From assembly GCA_964445985.1 (NCBI GenBank), contig CAYUMU010000009.1:27954-91953 (forward strand): DNA of 64,000 nt, in the 5' to 3' direction. Numbering within the stretch: the first letter of the stretch is position 1; the number at the start of each line of letters is the position of its first letter. A model generated the notes under the pieces. It saw nothing but the letters and a program-made list of their open reading frames with translations, made no database searches and had not been told where the DNA came from. Positions 10,508 to 20,253 of this stretch are shown here, piece by piece. Made by a program: the position numbers and the translations under genes. Source of the DNA: an uncultured Pirellulales bacterium. Its GTDB lineage: Bacteria; Planctomycetota; Planctomycetia; Pirellulales; S012-138.

Positions 10508-10680
10508 GGCTTACCGTCGCTCCCTGTTCTACCGTCTACCGTCAGGCAGTGGGCCGCCTCCGGGATATTTTACTGCCTGGCTAGTCACCATTCGATCAGG
10601 CGGCGGACGATCGCGCGGGCAATCTCCGCCGCCTGACCCACATGTCAAACGCAAACGACATCCATCTCCGCGGGCAGCAC

Positions 10681-11643
10681 TTACGGATCGAGCGGCAGCA
10701 AGACATCGATCTCGTTGATGCCGCCGTTCTTGGTGACCAAAGCCAGCAGAACATTACGGTCGGTCAGAGTTGGCACCCATTGCACCGAGGCATCACCCAT
10801 CACAAAGCTGCAGCCCTCCGGGTGATCGCTACGGAAGGTGAAGACCTCATTGCCCGTGGTGTTCAAGGTGGCGTTGTAGGTGCCCATCATCGTGCCCGAC
10901 GAAGCTCCCCAGTGACCGCTCGACCAGGCGTTCGAGCCGCCGGCAATCACGCCGCCGACCAGGTAGTCTTCCAGTCCAAAGTCGCTTTCACCTGCCATGA
11001 AGGTGTTGGTTAGCCCATCAACGGCGCTGGCAAAATTGGTGTAGAACTTACGCTTGCTGGTGGGATGCGTAATGTAGCCATCCCATTTCCACACCATCAA
11101 ACCGTCCCGACCGGGGAAGGTGGGGTTCGTCGAGGTTCCGGTATACGACATGTAGCCAGTCAGGCTGCTCACGCTCCACAAATAACTGGAGTGAGCCCGA
11201 TTGGTGCTCTCCACGCGTCCTGGCGCTCGAAACATCGAGGGGCACAGGTAAAAGGGCAGCTCCTGACGAATCACCGCCTGATTGTTGGCGTGGCTATACG
11301 AAACCGTGTTGTCGTACTTGCGGAACTTCTTGGCCTGTTCCAAGTAAGGCAGGATATCGATGAACCCGCTCTTGCTCGCGACGTCCACCACGACGTCGTC
11401 CTCCGGATCCGATGGATCGGCGCCCGGATCGGTGTAGCCGTCGCCGGTCGAGGCCCACGGCAGCCGATTGTGATTCTCGTGGTAAACGTGCGACGCCAAC
11501 CCAATCTGGTGCAAATTATTGCGGCAGGATGTCTTCCGACCGCTCTCCCGCGCCGCCTGCACGGCGGGCAACAACAGGGCAATTAACATGGCAATGATGG
11601 CAATTACCACCAACAGTTCCACGAGCGTGAAACCGCGACGCAT
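10681..11643 (-). CDS. DUF1559 protein with prepilin-type N-terminal cleavage/methylation leader
   Basis: [65 protein letters not shown]-terminal ..DASVQWV.. motif. Trimmed to ATG 11643; the track ORF starts at 11679. Confidence 0.9.
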   Translation of the reverse strand: MRRGFTLVELLVVIAIIAMLIALLLPAVQAARESGRKTSCRNNLHQIGLASHVYHENHNRLPWASTGDGYTDPGADPSDPEDDVVVDVASKSGFIDILPYLEQAKKFRKYDNTVSYSHANNQAVIRQELPFYLCPSMFRAPGRVESTNRAHSSYLWSVSSLTGYMSYTGTSTNPTFPGRDGLMVWKWDGYITHPTSKRKFYTNFASAVDGLTNTFMAGESDFGLEDYLVGGVIAGGSNAWSSGHWGASSGTMMGTYNATLNTTGNEVFTFRSDHPEGCSFVMGDASVQWVPTLTDRNVLLALVTKNGGINEIDVLLPLDP

Positions 11644-11799
11644 GAAGCGAACACCTTGCATTGAATCAAACTCCCGCAATGCGAAAAAAGAAGCTGGGCG
11701 CTCAAAGAACCATTCCTAAAGTCACCGGCGTCATTCGTCGCTGGCTGCGGAAGGGGAGGGCGTTCCCTCCATCTCCCCAAGGCGGGCTGCGGTGCCGCG

Positions 11800-11818
11800 A
11801 TTGATACTGAGTATCAAT
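11800..11818. promoter_or_regulatory. Perfect 9-1-9 palindrome ATTGATACT-G-AGTATCAAT, Fur-box-like (7-1-7 core TGATACT-G-AGTATCA)
   Basis: Read directly in the divergent intergenic region between the DUF1559 gene and hemP. It differs from the TGATAAT-N-ATTATCA consensus at one symmetric position per half-site. Confidence 0.4.
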
Positions 11819-12220
11819 TACGTGAGCGATTATCCCGCCTCCGCTGGCAATGTCAATCATCTAGTTGGGGAATTTTCTAAAGTCGTCGCGCAGCCGAGTC
11901 GGGGGAGGGGATGTGTTCCCGCAGCACGATGAGGTGGTGGCCAGGAATTGATCGGCGAAGATCAATTCTTCGCCGCTCGCTTTGCCGCAAGCCCGCAGGG
12001 ATCGTGACCCCCTGGGGATGAAAGCCGCGGCTTCAGCGGCCTGGTATCAGAATTGCAATGCGATCCCGATCGGGGGCGGTCCTGTCCTGTCGCGAAACGT
12101 CGTCAGCCTCAGGGCTGGGGCAGGCAGAGGGCAATCCCAAGGGCGTTGCCGCCCCCCGTCCGCGTTTACAACCTCCCCTTGGGCCGCGTCGCAGGATCAA
12201 GTAGGCCATTGAAATCGAGT

Positions 12221-12251
12221 TATTGACACTGCGTCTCAATATCGTTAGCAT
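12221..12251 (+). promoter_or_regulatory. Sigma70-like promoter TTGACA-17 nt-TAGCAT overlapped by the inverted repeat TATTGA-N9-TCAATA
   Basis: TTGACA at 12223-12228, TAGCAT at 12246-12251, 34 nt upstream of the hemP ORF start. The palindrome arms are at 12221-12226 and 12236-12241. Confidence 0.45.
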
Positions 12252-12284
12252 CCTGGCCGTGGCCGTCTATTGGCGTGACCTCTT

Positions 12285-12506
12285 ATGATTTCTTCCCATG
12301 ACCTTGTTTGTGTTAGACCTATGCCAGAGCCCGTCTACCAACCGTCGAAGCCAGTCGATGAACCATCGAACTCGGGTGTGCCACCCCAACGCTTCGTTCG
12401 TTCTGAAGATATTCTTCAAGGAGAGAACGAAGTGCTCATTATCCATGGCGGAGTCACTTACCGCCTGCGGCAGACCAAGAGCGGCAAGCTGATACTCAAC
12501 AAGTAG
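12285..12506 (+). CDS. hemP: Hemin uptake protein HemP family
   Basis: C-terminal SEDILQGENEVLIIHGGVTYRLRQTKSGKLILNK matches the HemP signature. An alternative start lies at ATG 12321. Confidence 0.8.
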   Translation: MISSHDLVCVRPMPEPVYQPSKPVDEPSNSGVPPQRFVRSEDILQGENEVLIIHGGVTYRLRQTKSGKLILNK

Positions 12507-12605
12507 AGCCGCCGCGCCGCCAAGAGGGTTGCGCCAGAAAATGCAACTGCCCCCCACTTCTTTCGCTGCTCTGAACAGCTGGTTGGGGAGTTACCGAGGC
12601 AGGGG

Positions 12606-14018
12606 CTAATCCAGCAGCATGGCCGCCGGGAGCTTGAGTCGGCGAATGACTTCGTTGCCAAACGCTGCTCCGATCGCGCCGTCCACCACACGGTGGTCAA
12701 AGGTGAACGAGAGATAGCCCATTTCGGCGGGCACCACGTTTCCGGCGGCATCGTACACCGGCCGACGGACCACCTTGCCCACGCCCAGAATGCCCACCTG
12801 GGGTTGGTTGAGAATGGGCGTGGAGATGAGCCCCCCAATATTGCCGATGGAGGTCACCGTATAGGTGCCACCCCGCAAATCGGCTCGCTCGGCCTGCCCA
12901 GCCCGCGCGGTTGCCGACAGCCGTTCAATTTCCTCGGCGATTGTCGCCAAACTCTTCTGATCGGCGTTGTGAATCACGGGCACGATCAGACCGGCGGGAG
13001 TGGCCGCGGCGACGCCCACATTTCGCTCCGGGTGCAACACAATTTCGCCCGCTTCTTCGTCGAGCGAGGAATTCACAATTGGCACTTCCACCAGAGCCCG
13101 AGCCACGGCATGCACGATAAACGCCAGGTAGGTGAGTCTTACACCCCGCTCGGCAAAGGTTTCTTTTAGCGCGGCGCGCAACCGCACCATCTCGGTCAGG
13201 TCGCATTCATCCACATAGGTGTAGTGGGGCGCGGTTCGCTTCGAAGCCACCATGTGCTCGGCGATCGTCTTCCTGACGCCGCGCAGCGGAATGCGCGTTC
13301 CGGCCTCGCCGAATGCTTCGGAAACCATGCCTGCTGAACTTGGCCGTGGTGCGCTCTCGGACGCAGCTTTCACTCGCGCTTCCTTGGCTTGTCGCGCCGT
13401 GGTTTGCTCTGGGCTGGTTGGCACCGTCTTGGTCGCTGTCGCTTGAGCAACCGCTTGCCTGCTGTCTACCTGGCGACTGAGGTCTTCAATCAAGATTCGA
13501 CCGCCCGGCCCGCTGCCCTCGATTTGGGTCAGGTCGATGCCCAGTTCGCGCGCCATATGCCGTACCGAGGGCGAAGCGGCCGGCAATTCCGCTCCCTCCG
13601 ACGTTCCTTTCGGTGGGGCTACCTTGGCAGCGGGCGCAGGCATTCGCCCGGCTTCGCGCCGCCGTCCGTTGTCCCCGGTTTCCGCTTTAGCCGGTTCGGT
13701 TGATACGCTTTCGGTCACGTTGGCCGCGTCGGCAACGGCGACCGCGGTAGCGTCTGGCTCGGCTGCCGTGTGTTCCGATTCCCGCGAGGCCGGTTCATAG
13801 CCCAAAATGGCCTGGCCGACGGCCACTTCATCGCCCGGCCGGGCAGCCAGCGACGTGATTTTGCCGGTAAACGGCGAAGGCACTTCCATGTTGGCCTTGT
13901 CGGTGATTACCTCGGCCAGCACATCGCCGCGGCGCACCTCGTCGCCCGGCTGAACTTTCCACGCGACCAGCTCGGCCTCGTAGACGCCTTCACCCAACTC
14001 CGGCAGCATAAAATCCAT
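12606..14018 (-). CDS. 2-oxoacid dehydrogenase E2 component (dihydrolipoamide acyltransferase)
   Basis: Lipoyl domain (EVITDKANMEVPSP), E3-binding domain (PSVRHMARELGIDLTQIEGSGPGGRI), catalytic domain with FDHRVVDG. Confidence 0.95.
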   Translation of the reverse strand: MDFMLPELGEGVYEAELVAWKVQPGDEVRRGDVLAEVITDKANMEVPSPFTGKITSLAARPGDEVAVGQAILGYEPASRESEHTAAEPDATAVAVADAANVTESVSTEPAKAETGDNGRRREAGRMPAPAAKVAPPKGTSEGAELPAASPSVRHMARELGIDLTQIEGSGPGGRILIEDLSRQVDSRQAVAQATATKTVPTSPEQTTARQAKEARVKAASESAPRPSSAGMVSEAFGEAGTRIPLRGVRKTIAEHMVASKRTAPHYTYVDECDLTEMVRLRAALKETFAERGVRLTYLAFIVHAVARALVEVPIVNSSLDEEAGEIVLHPERNVGVAAATPAGLIVPVIHNADQKSLATIAEEIERLSATARAGQAERADLRGGTYTVTSIGNIGGLISTPILNQPQVGILGVGKVVRRPVYDAAGNVVPAEMGYLSFTFDHRVVDGAIGAAFGNEVIRRLKLPAAMLLD

Positions 14019-14073
14019 GGCAGCCTTTCCCCCGATGCAAATGCGATCGCCGCCCCAGGTGGGGGGCGATCTT

Positions 14074-15132
14074 TTAGGCCGGCTCGGTGACCAGGGCCTT
14101 CAGCTCCCGCTCAATATGCGACAACTGAGGAACCGTATTCTGTTCGTAGTTTTGATTGAGTCCAATGCCTGGCACGTGTTGTCCGGCAAGCAACCGGGGA
14201 CGAACCAGCAGATCGTAAAAATGCTGGTCGATCGCGCGCCGCAAGAGATGCTCGCCGAAGTTCGTCACCTCGGTGTCTTCGTTCACAATCAACAGCCGAC
14301 CTGTTTTTTTCACGCTGTGGCTAATCGCCTGCCAGTCGTAGGGGAAGATGCTCCGCAGGTCGAGCACGTCGCAACGCACGCCCAAGTCATCCTCCAGCCG
14401 ATCCGCCACTTGCACGCACAGCGGCAAGGTCCGGCCATAGCTGATGACGGTTGCAGCGTCGCCCTCCCGCACCAACGAAGCCTTGCCGATTGGCACCACG
14501 TGTTGCTGAACCTTGGGCCACCGCGGTTGCCAGTTCTGGCGATTTTTGAGGGGGGCGTCGATCATTTCTTTTAGCAGTTGCTGATCCTCGGGCTCGCCCG
14601 GAATCAACTCCGGCCCGCGCACGCGCAACAGCGCCTTGGGCAGCAACACCATTACCGGATTGGGGTCGATAATGGCCGCCAGCATCAGCCCATAGGCATC
14701 GAGGGCGTTGCTGGGCATCACAATCTTCCAGCCAGCCAGGCGGCTGGCCCAGCTTTCGAACGAATGCGAATGGTACAGACTGCCACGGATGCCCGACCCG
14801 CTAGGCATCATCACCACCAGCGGCATTTCCCAATTGCCGCCACTGGCCCAGCGCTGGTTGCCGGCCACTTTCAGCAGATCGATGGTGTTGAAGCCGTAAT
14901 CGCAAAACTGGATTTCGGCCACCGGCTTTCCGCCAGCGTAGGCGATGCCCATGGCGGCGCCGATGATGCCGCGCTCGTCGAGCGGCGAATTCCAGGCGGT
15001 TTTCAAGCCTTGCGTGGCGGTAAATACGCCCCCCAGCGGCGGCCCGACATCTTCACCGAAGATATCGGTCACCCCCAGGTGCGTTTCACCGTAGTGCAGA
15101 GCCATCCGCACCGCTTGTACTAATGTGGCCAT
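14074..15132 (-). CDS. 2-oxoacid dehydrogenase E1 component beta subunit
   Basis: MATLVQAVRMALHYGE..IFGEDVGPPLGGVFTATQGL..DERGIIGAAMGIAYAGGKPVAEIQF, typical transketolase-like E1 beta. Confidence 0.95.
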   Translation of the reverse strand: MATLVQAVRMALHYGETHLGVTDIFGEDVGPPLGGVFTATQGLKTAWNSPLDERGIIGAAMGIAYAGGKPVAEIQFCDYGFNTIDLLKVAGNQRWASGGNWEMPLVVMMPSGSGIRGSLYHSHSFESWASRLAGWKIVMPSNALDAYGLMLAAIIDPNPVMVLLPKALLRVRGPELIPGEPEDQQLLKEMIDAPLKNRQNWQPRWPKVQQHVVPIGKASLVREGDAATVISYGRTLPLCVQVADRLEDDLGVRCDVLDLRSIFPYDWQAISHSVKKTGRLLIVNEDTEVTNFGEHLLRRAIDQHFYDLLVRPRLLAGQHVPGIGLNQNYEQNTVPQLSHIERELKALVTEPA

Positions 15133-15258
15133 TCGTAGCCTTGAAACATGTCCAACAAAAGCGAGCCAGAGGGAGGGCCTTCTGGTTCGATGACAGCCGC
15201 AATTTGCTAAATCTTATATCCGAGAAATCCTATGGATCATCTCGCCCGCCACCACCGT

Positions 15259-16326
15259 TTACTCCGGCAATCCCGTAAAGTCGTCCGGGTAGACGTCATC
15301 GACGGGGCTGGGGGCGTAGGTAAACCGCGGAATGTCGTCGGCCGTGGGCTGCGGTTCCGTCAGGGCCTGGCTCAGCGCGTCTTCGGCCTCTTTGCGGGCC
15401 GAACGATGCACTTCTTCCAGCCCCGCTTCGTGAATGATTCCGGCCGCCAGCATCCGTTCCTCAAATTGGGGAATGCAATCCGGCTCTTCCTGCACGCGCA
15501 GTGCCCCGCTAGAAGAAGAATGGCCGTGCAGCCGCGAAACTTGCACTTCCAGCATGTAGGGCCGCCGGCGTTTGCGGCAGTATTCCATGGCCCGGCGGAT
15601 GGCGTACCAGCTGGCGATGGGGTCGTTGCCTTCCACCACTTCGCCGGGAATGCCGTGGGCTTTGGCTCGTTCGATAATGGGTCGATCGACGTGCTGCGTG
15701 TTGTGCGGCGTGGAAATCCCCCAGCGATTGTTCATCACCACAATCAGCACCGGCAGTTCGTTGCCCGGGCGGGTGCTCCAGATCAGGCAACTGGCGAAAT
15801 CTCCCTCGGCCGTGCCGGCTTCGCCACCGGTTACCACGGTAATGCCGTCGCCGCCGTGACGCTTTTGCACCATCGCGGTGCCGGGCGCCATGGCATATTG
15901 AATTTCGATGACCGAAGAGGTCGGCACCACGTTCCACTCGCGTTTGGCGTAGTGCCCGCTGAAATTGCGGCCCAGCGAGTTGGTATCGGTGCGGGTCATG
16001 GCCATTTGCCGGATGCCTTCGATGAGCGGCATGCCCATGGCCACCATGGTGGCGCTGTTGCGGTAGTGCAGATGCAGGAAATCGAAATCGGGGCCGCGAC
16101 CTTTATTTACGTTGAGCCCCAGGGCCGTGTTGAAGGCTTCTTCGCCGGGTCCGCCAATCCAAAAGTATCCTTGGCCCGACTTGCTCATCTCGATCATGAT
16201 CATTTCCATGGCTCGAGCCCGAACCATGATTTTGTGGATCTCCAGACAACGCTCCCCGGGCAGCGATAGAGCGCCGGAATAAACGGCCTTGCCGTTGCGG
16301 TACTCAAGTTGGGCGTCGCGTTGCAT
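15259..16326 (-). CDS. 2-oxoacid dehydrogenase E1 component alpha subunit (TPP-dependent)
   Basis: TPP-binding region GGEAGTAEGDFASCLIWSTRPGNELPVLIVVMNNRWGISTP. First gene of the E1a-E1b-E2 operon. Confidence 0.9.
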   Translation of the reverse strand: MQRDAQLEYRNGKAVYSGALSLPGERCLEIHKIMVRARAMEMIMIEMSKSGQGYFWIGGPGEEAFNTALGLNVNKGRGPDFDFLHLHYRNSATMVAMGMPLIEGIRQMAMTRTDTNSLGRNFSGHYAKREWNVVPTSSVIEIQYAMAPGTAMVQKRHGGDGITVVTGGEAGTAEGDFASCLIWSTRPGNELPVLIVVMNNRWGISTPHNTQHVDRPIIERAKAHGIPGEVVEGNDPIASWYAIRRAMEYCRKRRRPYMLEVQVSRLHGHSSSSGALRVQEEPDCIPQFEERMLAAGIIHEAGLEEVHRSARKEAEDALSQALTEPQPTADDIPRFTYAPSPVDDVYPDDFTGLPE

Positions 16327-16843
16327 GCAGAGCTACCTTCTCGCCAGCCGCAAAAAAGGGATCACGGCCGGAAGGGGAAAAGCTATTGGCTCGCCGCTGT
16401 AAGCAGCGAGCGGGGGTGTACTTAACCGTCCCAGGTATTCTACGGGTTTCCCCAAACCGGTGAAGGCCAGATGAGACCCCGCAAAGGTGGGAAGCCCGGG
16501 TGAATCTGCCCCGGCCTGCAATTGTCGCGACATTGTCCGCGTAACCGCAAGTGCTTTGATTTTAATGCATTGCGGAATGCGCCGCCCCCTCCCCAGGGGC
16601 TTCCCATCTGCCCCGCTTGACACCCCGTTGACAAAACGATTGCGATAAAACGACATCCTGCTAGCAGTGCGAAGGGGGGACGAAGCCCGCTCAAGCAGGA
16701 GTTGTTTTAGGGGGAAGAGGCAAATGACGCAACGTGCCTCGGGTAAGCGGGGATATCTGTGGCAAATATCGTGGAGAGGAGGTTTGCTACTCGCCACTCT
16801 CAAATAAGCCCCCAATAAGCACAACCACGAACGAGGATCCCGC

Positions 16844-17908
16844 TCATTTCTTCTGGTTTTCAATCCGTTCCTTGATCCACTCGACATCGCTGCGCGGCGT
16901 ATTGGCACCTCGCATGATCTGCAAGATGTCCTCGTTTTGGTGAGTCTTCGCGGCGGTATTCGCGCCACGCTCGATCAGGTACTCAGCGATGCGTAAGCTG
17001 TACTTCCGTGCCGCATAAAGTAGTGGGGTGTAGCCATCTTGGTCCGCCGCCTCAACGCCTGAGCCCGCTTCCAAGAGCAATCGCGTTCCATCCAGGGAGT
17101 GGCCTGCGATCGCAAAGTGCAGCGAGGTTTTACCCTTTGAATCGACCGCAGCGACGTCAATCCTATTCTTGAGCAGCAAATCAACGATGTCGAGCCTGCT
17201 CCGATTGCTCGCCATCATGAGCACCGTCCAACCGTGTTGGTTTCGTTCGTCGTTCCGCGCGGCCCGTAACAGTTCGACGGGGTCCACGGGCTCCCATTGC
17301 TCAATCGCTCGAAAGAGCGGGTGCGGGTCATCGCTCCGTTCGTCAATCTCCATTCGCGCGACGAAGTCGTCGAAGTCGTCGGCAACGAAGACAGGATTTT
17401 TCGCGACTTCTTCCTCAGGATGTTCCAGCCACGATAGCCATAAGTGTACTTGGCCCGTCGGTAAATGCACGGAAAACCGATCGCCGCATGCCGTATGACC
17501 CACCGCCAGATATTCCGGCGGCAAATCCGTCTGCTGCCGTATCTTCAAGATATCTGCATAGTCCCCGGCGAAGCCCGGTTCAATCGCGTAGAGAATGAAG
17601 ACGTCTGATTCGCTGCCATCATCCAATCGGATGACGGTGGTCGGCGCAAGGCTCCCACCGTTGGTGCGTGCGAGGAACCCGCGATAAGCGTCCGGTAGCG
17701 AAAAGCCAATCCAGCGTTCCAACAATTGCAATTGCGTTTCGGTTGCGCGGCCAAAGGCATCTTGGATCTCGGGTCGCAACACGGCGAACTCAGCAATGGG
17801 AGCATGGGACGACGCACGACTCGGTATTGGGTCCGCAGCGGGACGGCACGACGCCAAACAGGCTAATGCCATTGGCAAGCAGAACTTGAATGATGCCGAC
17901 AACTGCAT
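16844..17908 (-). CDS. Lipoprotein with SMI1/KNR4 (SUKH) domain fused to ankyrin repeats
   Basis: Lipobox LASC. SUKH-like segment LQLLERWIGFSLPDAYRGFLARTNGG. C-terminal ANK repeats (GWTVLMMASNRSRLDIVDLLL, GKTSLHFAIAGHSLDGTRLLLEAG, GYTPLLYAARKYSLRIAEYLIERGA). Confidence 0.75.
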   Translation of the reverse strand: MQLSASFKFCLPMALACLASCRPAADPIPSRASSHAPIAEFAVLRPEIQDAFGRATETQLQLLERWIGFSLPDAYRGFLARTNGGSLAPTTVIRLDDGSESDVFILYAIEPGFAGDYADILKIRQQTDLPPEYLAVGHTACGDRFSVHLPTGQVHLWLSWLEHPEEEVAKNPVFVADDFDDFVARMEIDERSDDPHPLFRAIEQWEPVDPVELLRAARNDERNQHGWTVLMMASNRSRLDIVDLLLKNRIDVAAVDSKGKTSLHFAIAGHSLDGTRLLLEAGSGVEAADQDGYTPLLYAARKYSLRIAEYLIERGANTAAKTHQNEDILQIMRGANTPRSDVEWIKERIENQKK

Positions 17909-17941
17909 TGGTTGCTTCTCGTCTCGCCAGCTTCCGCCGGT

Positions 17942-18964
17942 TCAAACCGTGCTTTGCTTGGCCCCCGTGCGAATGAGCAGCTCGGCAATTTGCACGGCGT
18001 TGGTGGCCGCCCCCTTGCGGAGGTTGTCGCTCACGCACCAGAAGGCGATGCCGCTGGGGCTGGAGAGGTCTTTGCGAATGCGGCCCACGAAGACTTCGTC
18101 GCGACCGCTGCATTCGGCCGGCAGGGGGTACACCCCGTTCGCCAGGTCGTCTTGCACCACGATGCCCGGCGCGGCTTCAAATAGCTCGCGAGCTTCCGCG
18201 GCCGAAAGCGGGCGTTCGGTCTCCACCAGAATGCTCTCGCTATGGCAATTGGCCACCGGCACCCGCACGCAGGTGGGGCAAACCAGGATGCTGTCGTCGC
18301 CGAAGATCTTCTGGGTTTCCCAGACCATCTTCATTTCTTCGGAGGTGTAGCCCTCGTGCTTGGGCCCGCCCACGTGCGGAATCAGATTGAAGGCGATGGG
18401 GTGGCGGAAGGTCTTGGGCGCAAAGGTTTCGCCCGCCAGGCGAGCCTTGCTGGCGTCGTCGAGCTCGCGAATTCCTTCCACGCCAGCGCCGCTGGTCGCC
18501 TGGTAGGTGCTGACGACCACCCGCTTGATGCGGGCCGCCTCGTGCAGCGGCTTCATCGCCACCACCATTTGCGTGGTCGAACAGTTGGGGCTGGTAATCA
18601 GGCCTTCGTGATTTTCGACGGCCTCGGGGTTGACCTCGGGCACCACCAGTTTGGCCTTGGGGTCCATCCGCCAGGCGCCACTTTCATCGATCACCACGCA
18701 ATTTCGCTCGAGCGCCCAGGGCACAAAGTCCCGCGCGGTGGAGTCGGGCGTGCTGCCGATGGCCAGATTCACGCCGACAAAAGCCTCAGGCCGCAGTTCC
18801 TCAACGGTGTACGTTTTGCCTTTGAACGTGAGCTCCGTGCCGGCGGATCGGGCCGAAGCCAGGAATTTGATCTGTTGGAACGGAAAATCGCGTTCCTCCA
18901 GCATCTGCCGAATGATCCGACCCACGGCGCCGGTCGCGCCGACAATAGCCACCGTTTCAAACAC
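17942..18964 (-). CDS. asd: Aspartate-semialdehyde dehydrogenase
   Basis: VFETVAIVGATGAVG Rossmann start, SPNCSTTQMV active-site Cys, ..FWCVSDNLRKGAATNAVQIAE. Trimmed to in-frame GTG 18964 (341 aa); the track ORF starts at 19075. Confidence 0.92.
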   Translation of the reverse strand: MFETVAIVGATGAVGRIIRQMLEERDFPFQQIKFLASARSAGTELTFKGKTYTVEELRPEAFVGVNLAIGSTPDSTARDFVPWALERNCVVIDESGAWRMDPKAKLVVPEVNPEAVENHEGLITSPNCSTTQMVVAMKPLHEAARIKRVVVSTYQATSGAGVEGIRELDDASKARLAGETFAPKTFRHPIAFNLIPHVGGPKHEGYTSEEMKMVWETQKIFGDDSILVCPTCVRVPVANCHSESILVETERPLSAAEARELFEAAPGIVVQDDLANGVYPLPAECSGRDEVFVGRIRKDLSSPSGIAFWCVSDNLRKGAATNAVQIAELLIRTGAKQSTV

Positions 18965-19095
18965 GGAACGAACTCCCGACCTACAAAAACAGCCGGCCCA
19001 GCCGGCAAGTAAAGGACTTTTTAGTATGGCAGCCAGGCCGCATGGCATCAATGGCCCAGCGTGGCGTCTCTGCAAGCGTTCATCGCTCTGGGCCG

Positions 19096-19116
19096 TTGCT
19101 GGTTGCTGGGGGCTGG
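19096..19116. repeat. Heptanucleotide repeat TNGCTGG x3
   Basis: ttgctgg ttgctgg gggctgg, in the divergent asd/kinase intergenic region. Confidence 0.6.
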
Positions 19117-19329
19117 TGTTGTCGGCTTCTCGGCGCGCAAAGCGTCACCCACAGGGATCCCCGCAACGCCCGGCAAGTTCGCCCGGTTTGTCGCCCAATA
19201 TTCCCCACGGCCAACTTTTTCCCACAACCCGTGCCGCTCCCTAAGCCGATATTTTCGGAGTCTCTGCAAAAATCCCAGTTGCTCGAAGATCGGGCCTGAA
19301 TGATGATGCGTACAATTGGAGGTCACTAA

Positions 19330-20220
19330 TTGATCGCCTCATCTCCGGCCAGAAATATCGCCTTGATCAGGGCACGTCAAAAGATCGGGAAGTACCGCGT
19401 CGAGCGGCGTCTCGCCGAAAGTCCGTTTGCCACGGTCTTCCAGGCGTACGACACGATCGAGGGCATCCACGTTGCGCTCAAGATTCCGCGGGGAAACTTC
19501 TCCTCGGAGCAGGTTTTGGATGACTTTCGCCGCGAAGTCCGCCTGGCCGCCAAGCTCGATCACCCGAACATTCTGCCGCTCAAAAATGCCGCGTTTATTG
19601 ATGGTATTTTTGTCATCGTCTCGCCTCTGGGCGAAGAAACGCTGGCCGACCGACTTTGCCGGCGGATGTCGCTGCGAAATGCGTTCGACATGGCGGGCCA
19701 AATCTTGGAAGCCGTGGCCTACGCCCACGAACAGCGCATTATCCACTGCGACCTTAAGCCCGAGAACGTGATTTTATTTGCCGGGGGACGCGCCCGGCTG
19801 GCCGATTTTGGCATTGCCAAGGTGGCCTTGCGAACCCTGAGGGCCTCGGGGTCGGGCACGGTGGGCTACATTGCCCCCGAACAGGCGATGGGGCGGCCTT
19901 CGTTCAAGTCCGATGTGTTCTCCCTGGGCCTGATTCTGTGCCGCATGTTCACTGGCACGTTGCCCGAATGGCCCTACCGCTGGCCGCCCGAAGGCTTGAG
20001 CCGCCGCCGGCGCCGAATGCACCCCGAGCTGGTGGAATTCTTGCGGAAATCGACGGAGGTCGACGCCCGCCGCCGCTACGTGGATGCCCAGCAAATGCTG
20101 TCCGCCTTCCGCCGCCTGCGCGTCAAGGCCCTGAAATTTGCCGCCGCCGAGGCCGCCAAACGCAGCAGCGGCACCGATCGCAAAACGCCCGGCACCAACC
20201 GTCGCCGCGCCGCTTCCTAA
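19330..20220 (+). CDS. Ser/Thr protein kinase (kinase domain only)
   Basis: IGKYRVERRLAESPFATVFQAYD..VALKIP, HCDLKPENVIL, LADFGIAK, GTVGYIAPEQ. Confidence 0.9.
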   Translation: MIASSPARNIALIRARQKIGKYRVERRLAESPFATVFQAYDTIEGIHVALKIPRGNFSSEQVLDDFRREVRLAAKLDHPNILPLKNAAFIDGIFVIVSPLGEETLADRLCRRMSLRNAFDMAGQILEAVAYAHEQRIIHCDLKPENVILFAGGRARLADFGIAKVALRTLRASGSGTVGYIAPEQAMGRPSFKSDVFSLGLILCRMFTGTLPEWPYRWPPEGLSRRRRRMHPELVEFLRKSTEVDARRRYVDAQQMLSAFRRLRVKALKFAAAEAAKRSSGTDRKTPGTNRRRAAS

Positions 20221-20225
20221 CGCAG

Positions 20226-20244
20226 CAACTAGCCACCAGCTACC
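20226..20244. repeat. Heptanucleotide repeat, C-strand form (caactag ccaccag ctacc)
   Basis: Same family as 33829-33891, immediately after the kinase stop. Confidence 0.5.
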
Positions 20245-20253
20245 TTTTCCGCT

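Noticed and set aside
15232-16269. Long ORFs antisense to recognised genes. Examples: 15232..16269(+), 23831..24760(+), 31024..32253(-), 32299..33666(+), 40522..41301(+), 41595..42539(+), 58235..59158(-), 59189..59995(-), 60716..61951(-), 62564..63595(-), 27186..27812(-), 27904..28650(-), 25068..26033(-).
   Set aside because: High-GC DNA produces long shadow ORFs opposite real genes. Their products are Arg/Gly/His/Pro-rich and contain no motif I recognise. The opposite strand carries clear domain signatures in each case (E1 alpha, pheT, SYLF, Tat signal, beta-propellers, BatA/vWA, SDR, purU).
16327-16843. 517-nt gap upstream of the E1 alpha gene. It contains a 211-aa track ORF (16333..16968, minus) and a plus-strand stretch gggaagcccgggtgaatctgcc that faintly resembles the core of a cobalamin riboswitch.
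   Set aside because: The ORF product is Arg/Ser/Pro-rich, has no recognisable features and overlaps the end of the SUKH-ankyrin gene. The riboswitch-like stretch lacks a GCCACTG B12 box and no plus-strand gene follows it. I cannot support either call without a covariance-model search (Rfam/Infernal).
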